DNA of 64,000 nucleotides from contig CAYVYZ010000002.1 of assembly GCA_964455875.1 (NCBI GenBank), positions 655 through 64,654 of the forward strand, given 5' to 3'. Below are positions 27,902 to 35,433 of the stretch, one piece after another. This DNA is from an uncultured Planctomycetia bacterium. GTDB taxonomy: Bacteria > Omnitrophota > Gorgyraeia > Duberdicusellales > 4484-171. Within the stretch, counting starts at the first letter, position 1; each line of letters opens with the position of its first letter. A program made the translations under genes and the position numbers. The notes below the pieces were generated by a model that was not told the origin of the DNA, searched no databases, and saw nothing but the letters and a program-made list of their open reading frames with translations.

Positions 27902-28259
27902 TTTTTAACACCTCCTATTACAAATTATAGCCCTTTCACATAACGGGCGAACATAACAAATATGTTTACCGTCTATTCTCTTTGATAAATCCTGTTTTTT
28001 AAACCATTTATTATAGGGTTATCAAAATATTTTTTTTATTCCTTCTTTTTCTTGTTCTTCTTCAGTTAAACTATTTATTAATTTTTCTGGGTTCCATAAC
28101 CACTCGTCCATTTTTACACCTCTCATTAAAGCTTTTTGCGGTGGTAAACTCACCATAAAAAGACTTTTTATTACCTATAAGTATAATTCTTTCTTCCTCA
28201 TCACATCTTTTAGCAATACTGCCTAATCTTTTCCTATCTTCATCTACCATTCTTTTCCC

Positions 28260-28553
28260 TCATAACAACTTATAGGTTTTCATAATCTTCCTTCTTAACT
28301 CATCGGTTAGTTTCCCTTTTATTTGTAAAGGTAACATAGCTAAAAAGGCAGCATAAATATTGGGAGCGTCAGGATTATACTTCATTTTTTCGGCAAGCTC
28401 AGGAAAAGCTTCTTGGTGTTTCTTAATAATGTAATGCCTCATCTTAACATCACAATAAAAAACTCCTTTAGCACTTGTCCTTGCCTTCTGATGCTCAAGC
28501 CCAAGCGGAGCTTGGTGTGGAAGCCCGGTATCTGGGTCTATTTGTTCATTCAT
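28260..28553 (-). CDS. hypothetical protein
   Basis: 97 aa. Confidence 0.35.
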   Translation of the reverse strand: MNEQIDPDTGLPHQAPLGLEHQKARTSAKGVFYCDVKMRHYIIKKHQEAFPELAEKMKYNPDAPNIYAAFLAMLPLQIKGKLTDELRRKIMKTYKLL

Positions 28554-28592
28554 TTTTTCTTATCCTCCATTTTCAGATTTCTATACGGGATA

Positions 28593-28874
28593 TTATTTTT
28601 TTAACACCTCTCTCCAATTAATTTTAATGTTATGTAATTTTAAGCATCCTTCCCAAAAAGTTTCTCTTTTAAAAACACCTCCAATTTGGAGCTCCTCCAT
28701 ATATTCAAAGTTATCTCTATGACGGAATTTTGATTTTGAGTTTTCCAAGGTTTTTAAAAAATATCCTGACTCTCCGGCACTGATTACTTCTAATATTAAT
28801 CCTTCTACATCACCACTAACTCCTCTTACTATATCACCTACTTTAAAGGTCATTTTCCAAGCACCTTCTTCCAA
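28593..28874 (-). CDS. NWK-tail family small protein (member 7)
   Basis: Has the FKVGDIVRG element and ends in ...IKINWREVLKK. Its 3' DNA is identical over 26 nt to that of member 6. Confidence 0.5.
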   Translation of the reverse strand: MEEGAWKMTFKVGDIVRGVSGDVEGLILEVISAGESGYFLKTLENSKSKFRHRDNFEYMEELQIGGVFKRETFWEGCLKLHNIKINWREVLKK

Positions 28875-29215
28875 TTAATTTGTTCCCTCTCAACCAATTC
28901 CACATCATCAGGATTAACAATACACCAACCTACCATATCCTTACCTTGAGAATATCCGACAGGCAAACTTCTCTTTTCCCTTCTTTCTTTTTCACCAAGA
29001 ATCCCATGTTTAGGAATTGTTAAATTATGAAATCTTTGTCCCCAAGCCAGAACGGTTAATACGCCATTACCTATACAATCCTTACACTTCATTCCATTCG
29101 CGGCGTCACAACCGCTCTTATCGCCTGTAATAATTACCTTGTCTCCGGGTTTAAACTTCATCAACTTCCACCTCGTGTTTGAAATGATATACAGGATAAA
29201 CCGTATCGTCCTCAA
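28850..29215 (-). CDS. NWK-tail family small protein (member 8)
   Basis: Has the FKPGDKVIITGD element and ends in ...QINWKKVLGK. Confidence 0.45.
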   Translation of the reverse strand: MRTIRFILYIISNTRWKLMKFKPGDKVIITGDKSGCDAANGMKCKDCIGNGVLTVLAWGQRFHNLTIPKHGILGEKERREKRSLPVGYSQGKDMVGWCIVNPDDVELVEREQINWKKVLGK

Positions 29216-29396
29216 ATAAGATTTCTTCTGGCACCCAGTTCTCAGCCTCCATCTTGGACTTTTCTAACGCCTCTATCAACCTTTCTTCTTCTCTTACACC
29301 GTAGCAATAAAGTTGGCGTAATACCTCGTCTGGGCTAACATTTTTCTCATATAATTCCCTAAGTTTATCCACCCAGGGCAGAGTTAATTTACTCAT
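29151..29396 (-). CDS. hypothetical acidic protein
   Basis: 81 aa. Confidence 0.35.
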   Translation of the reverse strand: MSKLTLPWVDKLRELYEKNVSPDEVLRQLYCYGVREEERLIEALEKSKMEAENWVPEEILFEDDTVYPVYHFKHEVEVDEV

Positions 29397-29414
29397 TTTA
29401 ACACCTCCATTTTT

Positions 29415-29711
29415 TCAGGGTTTTTTCAAAATAACCTTCCAATTAGTTATTCTAATTCCAACACCTTTCTTAATTATTTTAACAATTACATTGGCATCAT
29501 CGGTAGTAACATAAGAGCTGCCTAATGTATTTCGGCTTTCTTTGTGTTTTTTTATTGCTCCTTCCGGTGTAGGAGCCCATTCTCCCCATAACTCATTCTC
29601 TCCCCTTATACTTTTTATAATACAATAAGCTCTGAAATCCTTATCATTAACATATTTATCATTAACAAATTTCCATCCTATTAAATCTCCAACCGCAAAC
29701 ACCACTTTCAT
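29415..29711 (-). CDS. NWK-tail family small protein (member 9)
   Basis: Ends in ...RITNWKVILKKP. Its 3' DNA (ttccaattagttatt) is identical to that of member 1. Confidence 0.5.
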   Translation of the reverse strand: MKVVFAVGDLIGWKFVNDKYVNDKDFRAYCIIKSIRGENELWGEWAPTPEGAIKKHKESRNTLGSSYVTTDDANVIVKIIKKGVGIRITNWKVILKKP

Positions 29712-30076
29712 AACCTCAAAACTTCTGATAATTCTTGAAACACCTTCTTGGATATTTCGCCTTTCACAAATAATTTCTGAAGGTGTATAAATTTTTGTTT
29801 ATCCGTTTTAAGCTTTCTTGGATATATGCTGTGAAACAAACTACTCCTTAGAAGTCTTCTACCTTCTCTAAAAACTCTCTTATTCCCTTCCCGAACCGGC
29901 GTCATTCTGCCCCTCACAAATGGGCTCATTCTCTTATTTAGTTCTTTACGGACACAGAAATCGTATTTAGCTTCTGGGTGTTTATGATTAACGCCTTGTT
30001 CTTCACAAACTTGCCTGAATTTACGAAGAAACGCCGTTCTTTCGCTTTCACCGGGCATAGTGAGAATTCTAACCAT
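29708..30076 (-). CDS. hypothetical basic protein
   Basis: 122 aa, rich in R/K. Confidence 0.35.
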   Translation of the reverse strand: MVRILTMPGESERTAFLRKFRQVCEEQGVNHKHPEAKYDFCVRKELNKRMSPFVRGRMTPVREGNKRVFREGRRLLRSSLFHSIYPRKLKTDKQKFIHLQKLFVKGEISKKVFQELSEVLRL

Positions 30077-30167
30077 TTTTATCTCCTCCGTTTTTTTTAA
30101 ATGGTTTGGGTGTTACCCATTAAATAAGAGGGTTATCAGTAGTTCAAAAAAACCCATATGATAGGGA

Positions 30168-30335
30168 TTAATATAACCATTCCTCTTCTTCGTCATCATC
30201 ACCTTCTGGATATTTAATTTCTTTGGGAGGTTCCCCCCCAGAATTCTCTCTTTCTATATCTTCAACTAATTTATCAATCCTTCTCTCTATTTCCTCTTCG
30301 TTTTCTTCCTCATCAAAGATAAATTCCTCTGACAT
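30168..30335 (-). CDS. small acidic protein (55 aa) with an N-terminal EEFIFDEEE motif
   Basis: I translated it by hand: MSEEFIFDEEENEEEIERRIDKLVEDIERENSGGEPPKEIKYPEGDDDEEEEWLY. It is not in the ORF track because it is under 60 aa. Confidence 0.35.
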   Translation of the reverse strand: MSEEFIFDEEENEEEIERRIDKLVEDIERENSGGEPPKEIKYPEGDDDEEEEWLY

Positions 30336-30550
30336 ATGGGCACCTCCGAATAATATTTTAATTTTCTTTGAACCTCTGATTTTAGAGTTCCGTTTTTTTT
30401 ATAAACGAGGTAATCGTGATTAAGTATTGGGTGAAACATTTTAAACTACTCTTTTTTTTCTTTATAGGTTTTTATTGATTTATATCTTTATAAATGTTTC
30501 GTTTTTTAGAAACCGATAAAAAAGAATAGGAAAAAAAATAAAAAAAGTTT

Positions 30551-31240
30551 TTAACTAAATGAAAACTCACTCGGTCCTCTGGCTTTCTCTACTTGTTTAG
30601 CAAGGATTTCCTTTGCTTCACTAATTAGCTTCTCTGCTTTTTCGGCGCCAAACTTCTCGTTTGCTACTTTCCTAATGGTTTCTTCTTTTGTGCCGCCACT
30701 AAGCCCTTCCACTATCATATTGACATATTTTTCGTCGCCTGTTTCTCTTGGGGTTGTTGTATCTGTTGCTATTGGAACCGGAGCTACTTTCTGTGTTGCC
30801 TTTTTCACTATCTTTATTGGTTGTCCCAAGTATGGTTTTCCGTTAATAGTAACGGTCCATTTTGCTCTCTCGGCATCTGTTTTCCAATTACCCAAGCTCC
30901 CAATTCCTTCTTTGGGCATTCCTGTCATATCACACCAATAGTCTTCAAGGTCTTTTGTGTTTCTCAGGTCTATTTTGTTTGCCTGTAACCACTCCATTCC
31001 TTTTTGGTTTATCTTCAAATAAAGATAAACCCCAGGCTCTACTTTTCTTGGTGTTTGGGTGGCTTGACAAGTGCTTGTCTCGCCTGTTTCGTTGTTCTTA
31101 ACAACAACGGTTGCGTTAGGCATTTTAGCCATAGTTATCCCCTCCGTTTTTGTTTTTAGGTTTTGTTCGGAAACCAAACCTGCTTTTGGTTTCCAAAACT
31201 GGGATTGATTTCTGGCTTTATAAATGTTTTGGTTTTTCAT
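30551..31240 (-). CDS. hypothetical protein with a C-terminal EFSF motif
   Basis: Ends in ...ARGPSEFSFS. An alternative start exists at Met37 (31132). Confidence 0.4.
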   Translation of the reverse strand: MKNQNIYKARNQSQFWKPKAGLVSEQNLKTKTEGITMAKMPNATVVVKNNETGETSTCQATQTPRKVEPGVYLYLKINQKGMEWLQANKIDLRNTKDLEDYWCDMTGMPKEGIGSLGNWKTDAERAKWTVTINGKPYLGQPIKIVKKATQKVAPVPIATDTTTPRETGDEKYVNMIVEGLSGGTKEETIRKVANEKFGAEKAEKLISEAKEILAKQVEKARGPSEFSFS

Positions 31241-31671
31241 CGCCTGCTTTCCCAGTTTTTATATGCGAAATCATTAGCATAATCCTCTGACAGCATATAT
31301 ACCTCATACCATTTTTCTTTTCCCATAAGTTCGTGTAAGTGCCCTAATTCGTGTAGTAAAACAAATTTAAACCTGTCCCGGGACATATTATCAAACATTC
31401 CTATTGTTATTCTTGTTTTTCCACAATCCCAAAACTCAAAAACTCCTTCTCCACTACCTTGACCTCTAAACCTTACTTGGGCTGTGGTAAAATATATGTT
31501 AGTAAGCCCATTAAAATATTCTTCTGGCACCTCAGATAACACCTCGTTTATTAATGTCTTATTTAACCCATACTCATAACCGATATAATAACCTGATACC
31601 GGGTTTAACAAAAACAATATTGGTATTACCGATAAAATTATTTTCATCATTTTTTCTTCCCTCATAACCAT
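31237..31671 (-). CDS. secreted zinc metallopeptidase (HExxH)
   Basis: An N-terminal signal peptide (MMKIILSVIPILFLLNPVSG) and the motif LLHELGHLHE. Confidence 0.5.
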   Translation of the reverse strand: MVMREEKMMKIILSVIPILFLLNPVSGYYIGYEYGLNKTLINEVLSEVPEEYFNGLTNIYFTTAQVRFRGQGSGEGVFEFWDCGKTRITIGMFDNMSRDRFKFVLLHELGHLHELMGKEKWYEVYMLSEDYANDFAYKNWESRR

Positions 31672-31994
31672 ATAAGGTGGTTGTGTTCTTCTACTACTTC
31701 ACCCATAGCTTTTAAGGAGTCCAGAGTTTTTTCGCCGTATATCTTCACGAATTCGTGAGCCTGGGATAACTTCATATAATTAATTGCCTGTAATTCTTCT
31801 GCTTTTAACATATTATAAGCTATTAGGTGCTTACAAGTAACCCCTCGTATATTAAAATCCATACATTCGCAGGAAGTCCCTGTTACTAAATATCCTCTAA
31901 TAGTCATACTGCCGTCATCATTATAACTGAACTCACCCCTGGCTATTATTTGTTTTGCCTTTTCCTCTCTTGAAACAGAGTTATTCTGCCTCAT
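31662..31994 (-). CDS. SWIM zinc-finger protein
   Basis: CECMDFNIRGVTCKH (CxCxnCxH). Confidence 0.5.
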   Translation of the reverse strand: MRQNNSVSREEKAKQIIARGEFSYNDDGSMTIRGYLVTGTSCECMDFNIRGVTCKHLIAYNMLKAEELQAINYMKLSQAHEFVKIYGEKTLDSLKAMGEVVEEHNHLIWL

Positions 31995-32000
31995 TTTTTA

Positions 32001-32108
32001 TTCGTCCTCCTCTTCCATTCTTTCTTTGTCTCCGGGGCATCCTTTCTTATGGAATTGGTGCCTGAAATAAAAACTATATTCCATTCCGCAATATGGACAT
32101 CCCATTTT
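32001..32108 (-). CDS. CPxCG zinc-ribbon mini-protein (35 aa)
   Basis: I translated it by hand: MGCPYCGMEYSFYFRHQFHKKGCPGDKERMEEEDE. Confidence 0.3.
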
Positions 32109-32126
32109 TATCTCCTCTGTTTTTTT

Positions 32127-32504
32127 TTACTTTCCTTGTATTGGTTTTTTCTCGGTTTCACCATAATTACAAACATTACAACCCCAGAAAAATCCTTCAA
32201 CTTTCTTTAGTGGTCTTATGGCTCCTAAGATAAGTCGTTGGTAAGGCGTATTTACCGGGATTTTTTGTAAATACCCATCTTGACACATAGGGCATTTAAT
32301 CCATTCATTCACGAAGCCTGTTTCTTCTGCTATCCTTTCTTCTGGTGTTTTGGGTTTGTCAAATGAGAATTCTGGGTTTGACCCGGCGTCTTTCTGCCCC
32401 TCTATTTCTTCAAAGCTGAACTCGGGTTCAACTTCAAAGCTGAATTCGTGTTTCCTCTTCATTTTTTTTTCACCCCTCAAAGCTGAATTCGGGTTCGGTT
32501 TCAA
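32127..32504 (-). CDS. zinc-binding protein with an N-terminal triple EFSF motif
   Basis: HEFSFEVEPEFSFEE...NPEFSFDKPK, followed by CPMC...CNVC. Confidence 0.45.
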   Translation of the reverse strand: MKPNPNSALRGEKKMKRKHEFSFEVEPEFSFEEIEGQKDAGSNPEFSFDKPKTPEERIAEETGFVNEWIKCPMCQDGYLQKIPVNTPYQRLILGAIRPLKKVEGFFWGCNVCNYGETEKKPIQGK

Positions 32505-32727
32505 AGCTGAATTCGGGTTCTTTCGTTGTTTCAGGCTTCGTTTCTGCTTCTGCTTCTACGAGGGGGCTAATATCTAAATTGAGTATCCCCTCTATTTTTT
32601 GACACACTTTAAGGCCGTGCCCACAAGCTTTATCGCAGGCCTGAGCTAATTCTGGTTTTAGCTCGGTGCCGATATTAATCAAACCGTCTATCGGTGTGCC
32701 ACAGAACAAACAATTCATTCCTGACAT
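32470..32727 (-). CDS. Cys-rich protein with a C-terminal double EFSF motif
   Basis: CLFCG...C..AC, with the tail ...KEPEFSFETEPEFSFEG. Confidence 0.45.
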   Translation of the reverse strand: MSGMNCLFCGTPIDGLINIGTELKPELAQACDKACGHGLKVCQKIEGILNLDISPLVEAEAETKPETTKEPEFSFETEPEFSFEG

Positions 32728-32795
32728 TTTTTCGCCTCCACATTTTATTTTTTTTCTATTAAGAAGGTAGAAAAACTACTATTTAAATCTTTCGC

Positions 32796-32826
32796 AAAAC
32801 CAGCCGCTACTACTAAATAGTGATAC
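32796..32826. repeat. isolated copy of the CTACTACTAAATAGTGATA iteron motif
   Basis: gccgctactactaaatagtgatac matches the unit of the array at 35060-35295. Confidence 0.4.
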
Positions 32827-33085
32827 TTCACTACTCTATAATGATGACATAATAAAGGTGTATTAATTTATTAGTGGTTATAGCTTTTTACTACCATTAA
32901 GTATTAAAAATTTATATGGGTAAGCTATATCAGGAGTATATCAAATTCGCATTTCCGAGCTGTTCCTGGGGTGTTCCCACTATACCCTGACTCAAACTAC
33001 CTATTTACAGGAAAACCCTTTAAAACCCACGGAAACAAGCAAACCGAAAACAATAACTATCACTAATACCGTATATTGTCTTTAT

Positions 33086-33245
33086 TAAGAAAGGTGGGAA
33101 ATAAGTTGGATAAGCGGAATAAGGTGGAAAAAAGGTGAAAAAAGGCGGAAATAAGTGAAATAACGGATAGCGGGATAGCGGAATAGCGGGGGATGGCGGA
33201 ATGGTGGGGTAGCGGAATAATGGATAGCGGATAGCGGAATAAGGT
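33086..33245. repeat. polypurine tract of about 160 nt built from degenerate 8-10-nt tandem repeats (GGATAGCGG / GGAATAAGGTG)
   Basis: The + strand is almost exclusively A/G: ...cggatagcgggatagcggaatagcgggggatggcggaatggtggggtagcggaataatggatagcggatagcggaataaggtg. It is followed directly by a pyrimidine run, tccctcctcgcctcactccc. Confidence 0.6.
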
Positions 33246-33320
33246 GTCCCTCCTCGCCTCACTCCCAACCCTAAACAATAAAAACAGGTGTTACCACTAC
33301 TACATAATAAAGTTAGTGTT

Positions 33321-33410
33321 TGGGAAAGGCGCGGCGCGTTGGGAGGCGCCGCAGAAAAATTATAGCCGCGCCGCAAAGTTTTTTTATAGGCGCGCCGCAG
33401 AAAACTGTTA
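33321..33410. repeat. GC-rich palindromic box GGCGCGCCGCAGAAAA in three or four copies
   Basis: The copies are aggcgccgcagaaaaa, agccgcgccgcaaagttttt and aggcgcgccgcagaaaac, plus an inverted ggcgcggcgcg. Confidence 0.55.
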
Positions 33411-33500
33411 GCCGGAGAGATTTTCATATTTATGCCTATGATTATGATTGTGCCCACGGTTTTTCATATGGTTTTCCGATTTTTTTCCAAACGCCGTTCA
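33411..33500. promoter_or_regulatory. AT-rich stretch between two GC-repeat clusters, a candidate DNA-unwinding element
   Basis: ttttcatatttatgcctatgattatgattgtg...ggttttccgatttttttcc lies between the GC boxes on both sides. Confidence 0.3.
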
Positions 33501-33504
33501 TAGT

Positions 33505-33685
33505 GCTGGGCGCGGCAGAGAAAGATTGGGACAGGCGCGGCGCTGAAAGGCGCCAGTTCGTCAGGACCGAACCATCTAATCCATCCATCTATAGGCCAGA
33601 ATGACATCAGTTCAGGGAAAAGGCTCGGTCCACCTCGGCGCTGAAAGACGCCGGTTCACACGCAGCCTGTGTGAACCCGCCAAAC
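33505..33685. repeat. second GC-rich cluster of hairpin-forming repeats
   Basis: ggcgcTGAAAGgcgcc and cggcgCTGAAAGAcgccg (both with GAAA loops), the 10-bp near-complementary pair ggaccgaacc/ggctcggtcc, and the perfect palindrome ttcacac-gcagcct-gtgtgaa. Confidence 0.55.
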
Positions 33686-33790
33686 TCTGTCCTTAACCCA
33701 GATTTCACTAAATCTGAGTCCCTTTATTCTCTTCTTACATATCTTACATTTCTTGTTCTTCTCCCTTATTAATATTTGTTCTTCTTTCAT
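33659..33790 (-). CDS. small Cys2-His-Cys mini-protein (43 aa) ending inside the GC palindrome
   Basis: I translated it by hand: MKEEQILIREKNKKCKICKKRIKGLRFSEIWVKDRVWRVHTGCV. Confidence 0.25.
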
Positions 33791-33913
33791 CTTGTATCTC
33801 CCCCCAAACATTTTTTTGAGTATAGAGCGAAACCCCTGATTAATCCATCTGAGTTCATCTGGCGTTAATCAGATTAAAAAAATTCAAAAAAAACAGAGAG
33901 AAAGAGTTTTTAA

Positions 33914-34078
33914 TCATTTGTTTTTATAATGTTTTTGTGTTTGCTCTTTTATAGTCTTAAAAGTTAATTCTGTGATTTCTTTACTTGGCTTTATCATTTC
34001 TGGCGTTTTATAAAAGCACTCTTTACAATATCCACCAATAGTATTTTTGTATTCTTTACATTCTTTACATATTCTCAT
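33914..34078 (-). CDS. zinc-ribbon mini-protein (54 aa)
   Basis: I translated it by hand: MRICKECKEYKNTIGGYCKECFYKTPEMIKPSKEI... Confidence 0.35.
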   Translation of the reverse strand: MRICKECKEYKNTIGGYCKECFYKTPEMIKPSKEITELTFKTIKEQTQKHYKNK

Positions 34079-34147
34079 TCTTATCACGCTCCAGACTTTT
34101 ATTTTTTCGTTGTTATAAAAATAAAATAAAAAAATAAAAAAGTTTTT

Positions 34148-34717
34148 TTATTCAAAGTTAAAAGTTGTTTCTGGCTTGACTTTATAATAATTATAAAGTC
34201 TTTCTCTACTTGATTTATTGTTGAAGTTGTTGTTTATTACTTTTATAGTCTTTTCTGCGTCTGGTAATGGCTTACCAGATTTTTTAAGTTTCTCATAATA
34301 CTCGTTGTATTCGTTGATAAATCGCTGTTCTTTCTCTGTTAAGTCTTTTGTTGTGTCTGTTCTCGCTGGATTGGTTTCTGTTTCTGGTTTTCTTGGTTTT
34401 CGCTGGTATCCAACAGATTTTAGTATTCCACATTCAAAATCGTATTTGTTCGTTGCTTTAAAGTTTAGTGCTTTCATTAGATACTTAGCTTCTACTGGTG
34501 TAAATTGTGCGTTTATTGTTATCTCTCCAACGATACCAGAACGTTCTCGTGGTTTAAGTTGTTTATTCCATAATATACTTTCGTTTGTTTTTGCGTCTTT
34601 TAACTCGTATAGTTTTTGCTCAGCCATTTTATTTTTGCTCCAATATTCTTTTTTTAAGTCTATTATTAACCAATAAGCTTTTAAGCCATAAGAAAGTTTA
34701 AAACTTATGGCTCTCAT
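34148..34717 (-). CDS. hypothetical protein flanked by repeat arrays; its C-terminus is FNFE
   Basis: 189 aa (the start may be at the internal MAEQKLYEL). It ends in ...KPETTFNFE, and non-coding iterons lie on both sides. Confidence 0.4.
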   Translation of the reverse strand: MRAISFKLSYGLKAYWLIIDLKKEYWSKNKMAEQKLYELKDAKTNESILWNKQLKPRERSGIVGEITINAQFTPVEAKYLMKALNFKATNKYDFECGILKSVGYQRKPRKPETETNPARTDTTKDLTEKEQRFINEYNEYYEKLKKSGKPLPDAEKTIKVINNNFNNKSSRERLYNYYKVKPETTFNFE

Positions 34718-35059
34718 TAAGCTTATTAATTATTAAATAAGTATAATGCTACAACATATAAAGCTTATTTTTTCTGTTTTAAACCATATAAGTTTTATAC
34801 TCTTATATGATTAAGCTTTATGGTGTATTATGATAACAATTTTTAAGTTGTTATCGTTTGGTGTTGTTTTTCGCTGTTAATAAGTGAATTCTGTAAATAA
34901 AACTTTTTGTTGTTTGTTTTCGCTGGTGTTTTTGTTTCATACAACGAATTAATGAAAGCACATATTTAAATGTTTCGTTTTGGGCTGTATATAGATATAC
35001 ATAAAGCTATACTAAAAACTTTGGAGTAGTGACAAAAATCAGTTTATAAATATTTCGTT

Positions 35060-35295
35060 ATTTGTCACTACTAAAAAGTAATAACAAAGGCGCTACTACT
35101 ATATAGTGACAACAATATTGATACTATTAAAGAGTGATAACAAAGGCGCTACTACTAAAGAGTGATAACAATAAAGTAATTACTAAAGAGTAATAACAAG
35201 GCGTTATTACTAAATAGTGATAACAGAATGTCGCCATTTCAAAATAGTAACACACAACAATACTATAACCACTACTATATAGTGATAACACACAT
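35060..35295. repeat. iteron array of about nine degenerate direct repeats with a ~28-bp period
   Basis: The unit is (AGGCG)CTACTACTAAAGAGTGATAACAA. Copies start near 35064, 35093, 35128, 35150, 35178, 35205, 35241 and 35270. They abut one another with no unique spacers. Confidence 0.6.
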
Positions 35296-35433
35296 AACAA
35301 TATGAGAATAAGACATTATTCGTATAAACGGCGTTTAGAATAGTTTAATTACTATCTGGTAGTGATAAAATATACCTTCCCGAAATCTCGGGCTAAAATT
35401 TAAGAAATAACTGTGTTATGCACTTATTATTTT

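Noticed and set aside
33555-33580. A tRNA-like T-arm (gttcg-tcaggac-cgaac)
   Set aside because: No acceptor, D or anticodon arms can be built around it and no GTTC-loop consensus is present. No tRNA is called anywhere in the window.
33020-33604. Three track ORFs (33020..33457 -, 33063..33278 -, 33320..33604 +) inside the GC-rich island
   Set aside because: Their translations are low-complexity read-throughs of tandem repeats (poly-purine, GGCGCGCC boxes). They overlap each other in several frames and have no start context. I treated them as non-coding repeat DNA.
35060-35295. A possible CRISPR array
   Set aside because: The repeats abut one another with no unique spacers, they are degenerate, and there are no cas genes. 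The Cas4-like nuclease is a stand-alone replication or recombination nuclease. I annotated the region as an iteron array.
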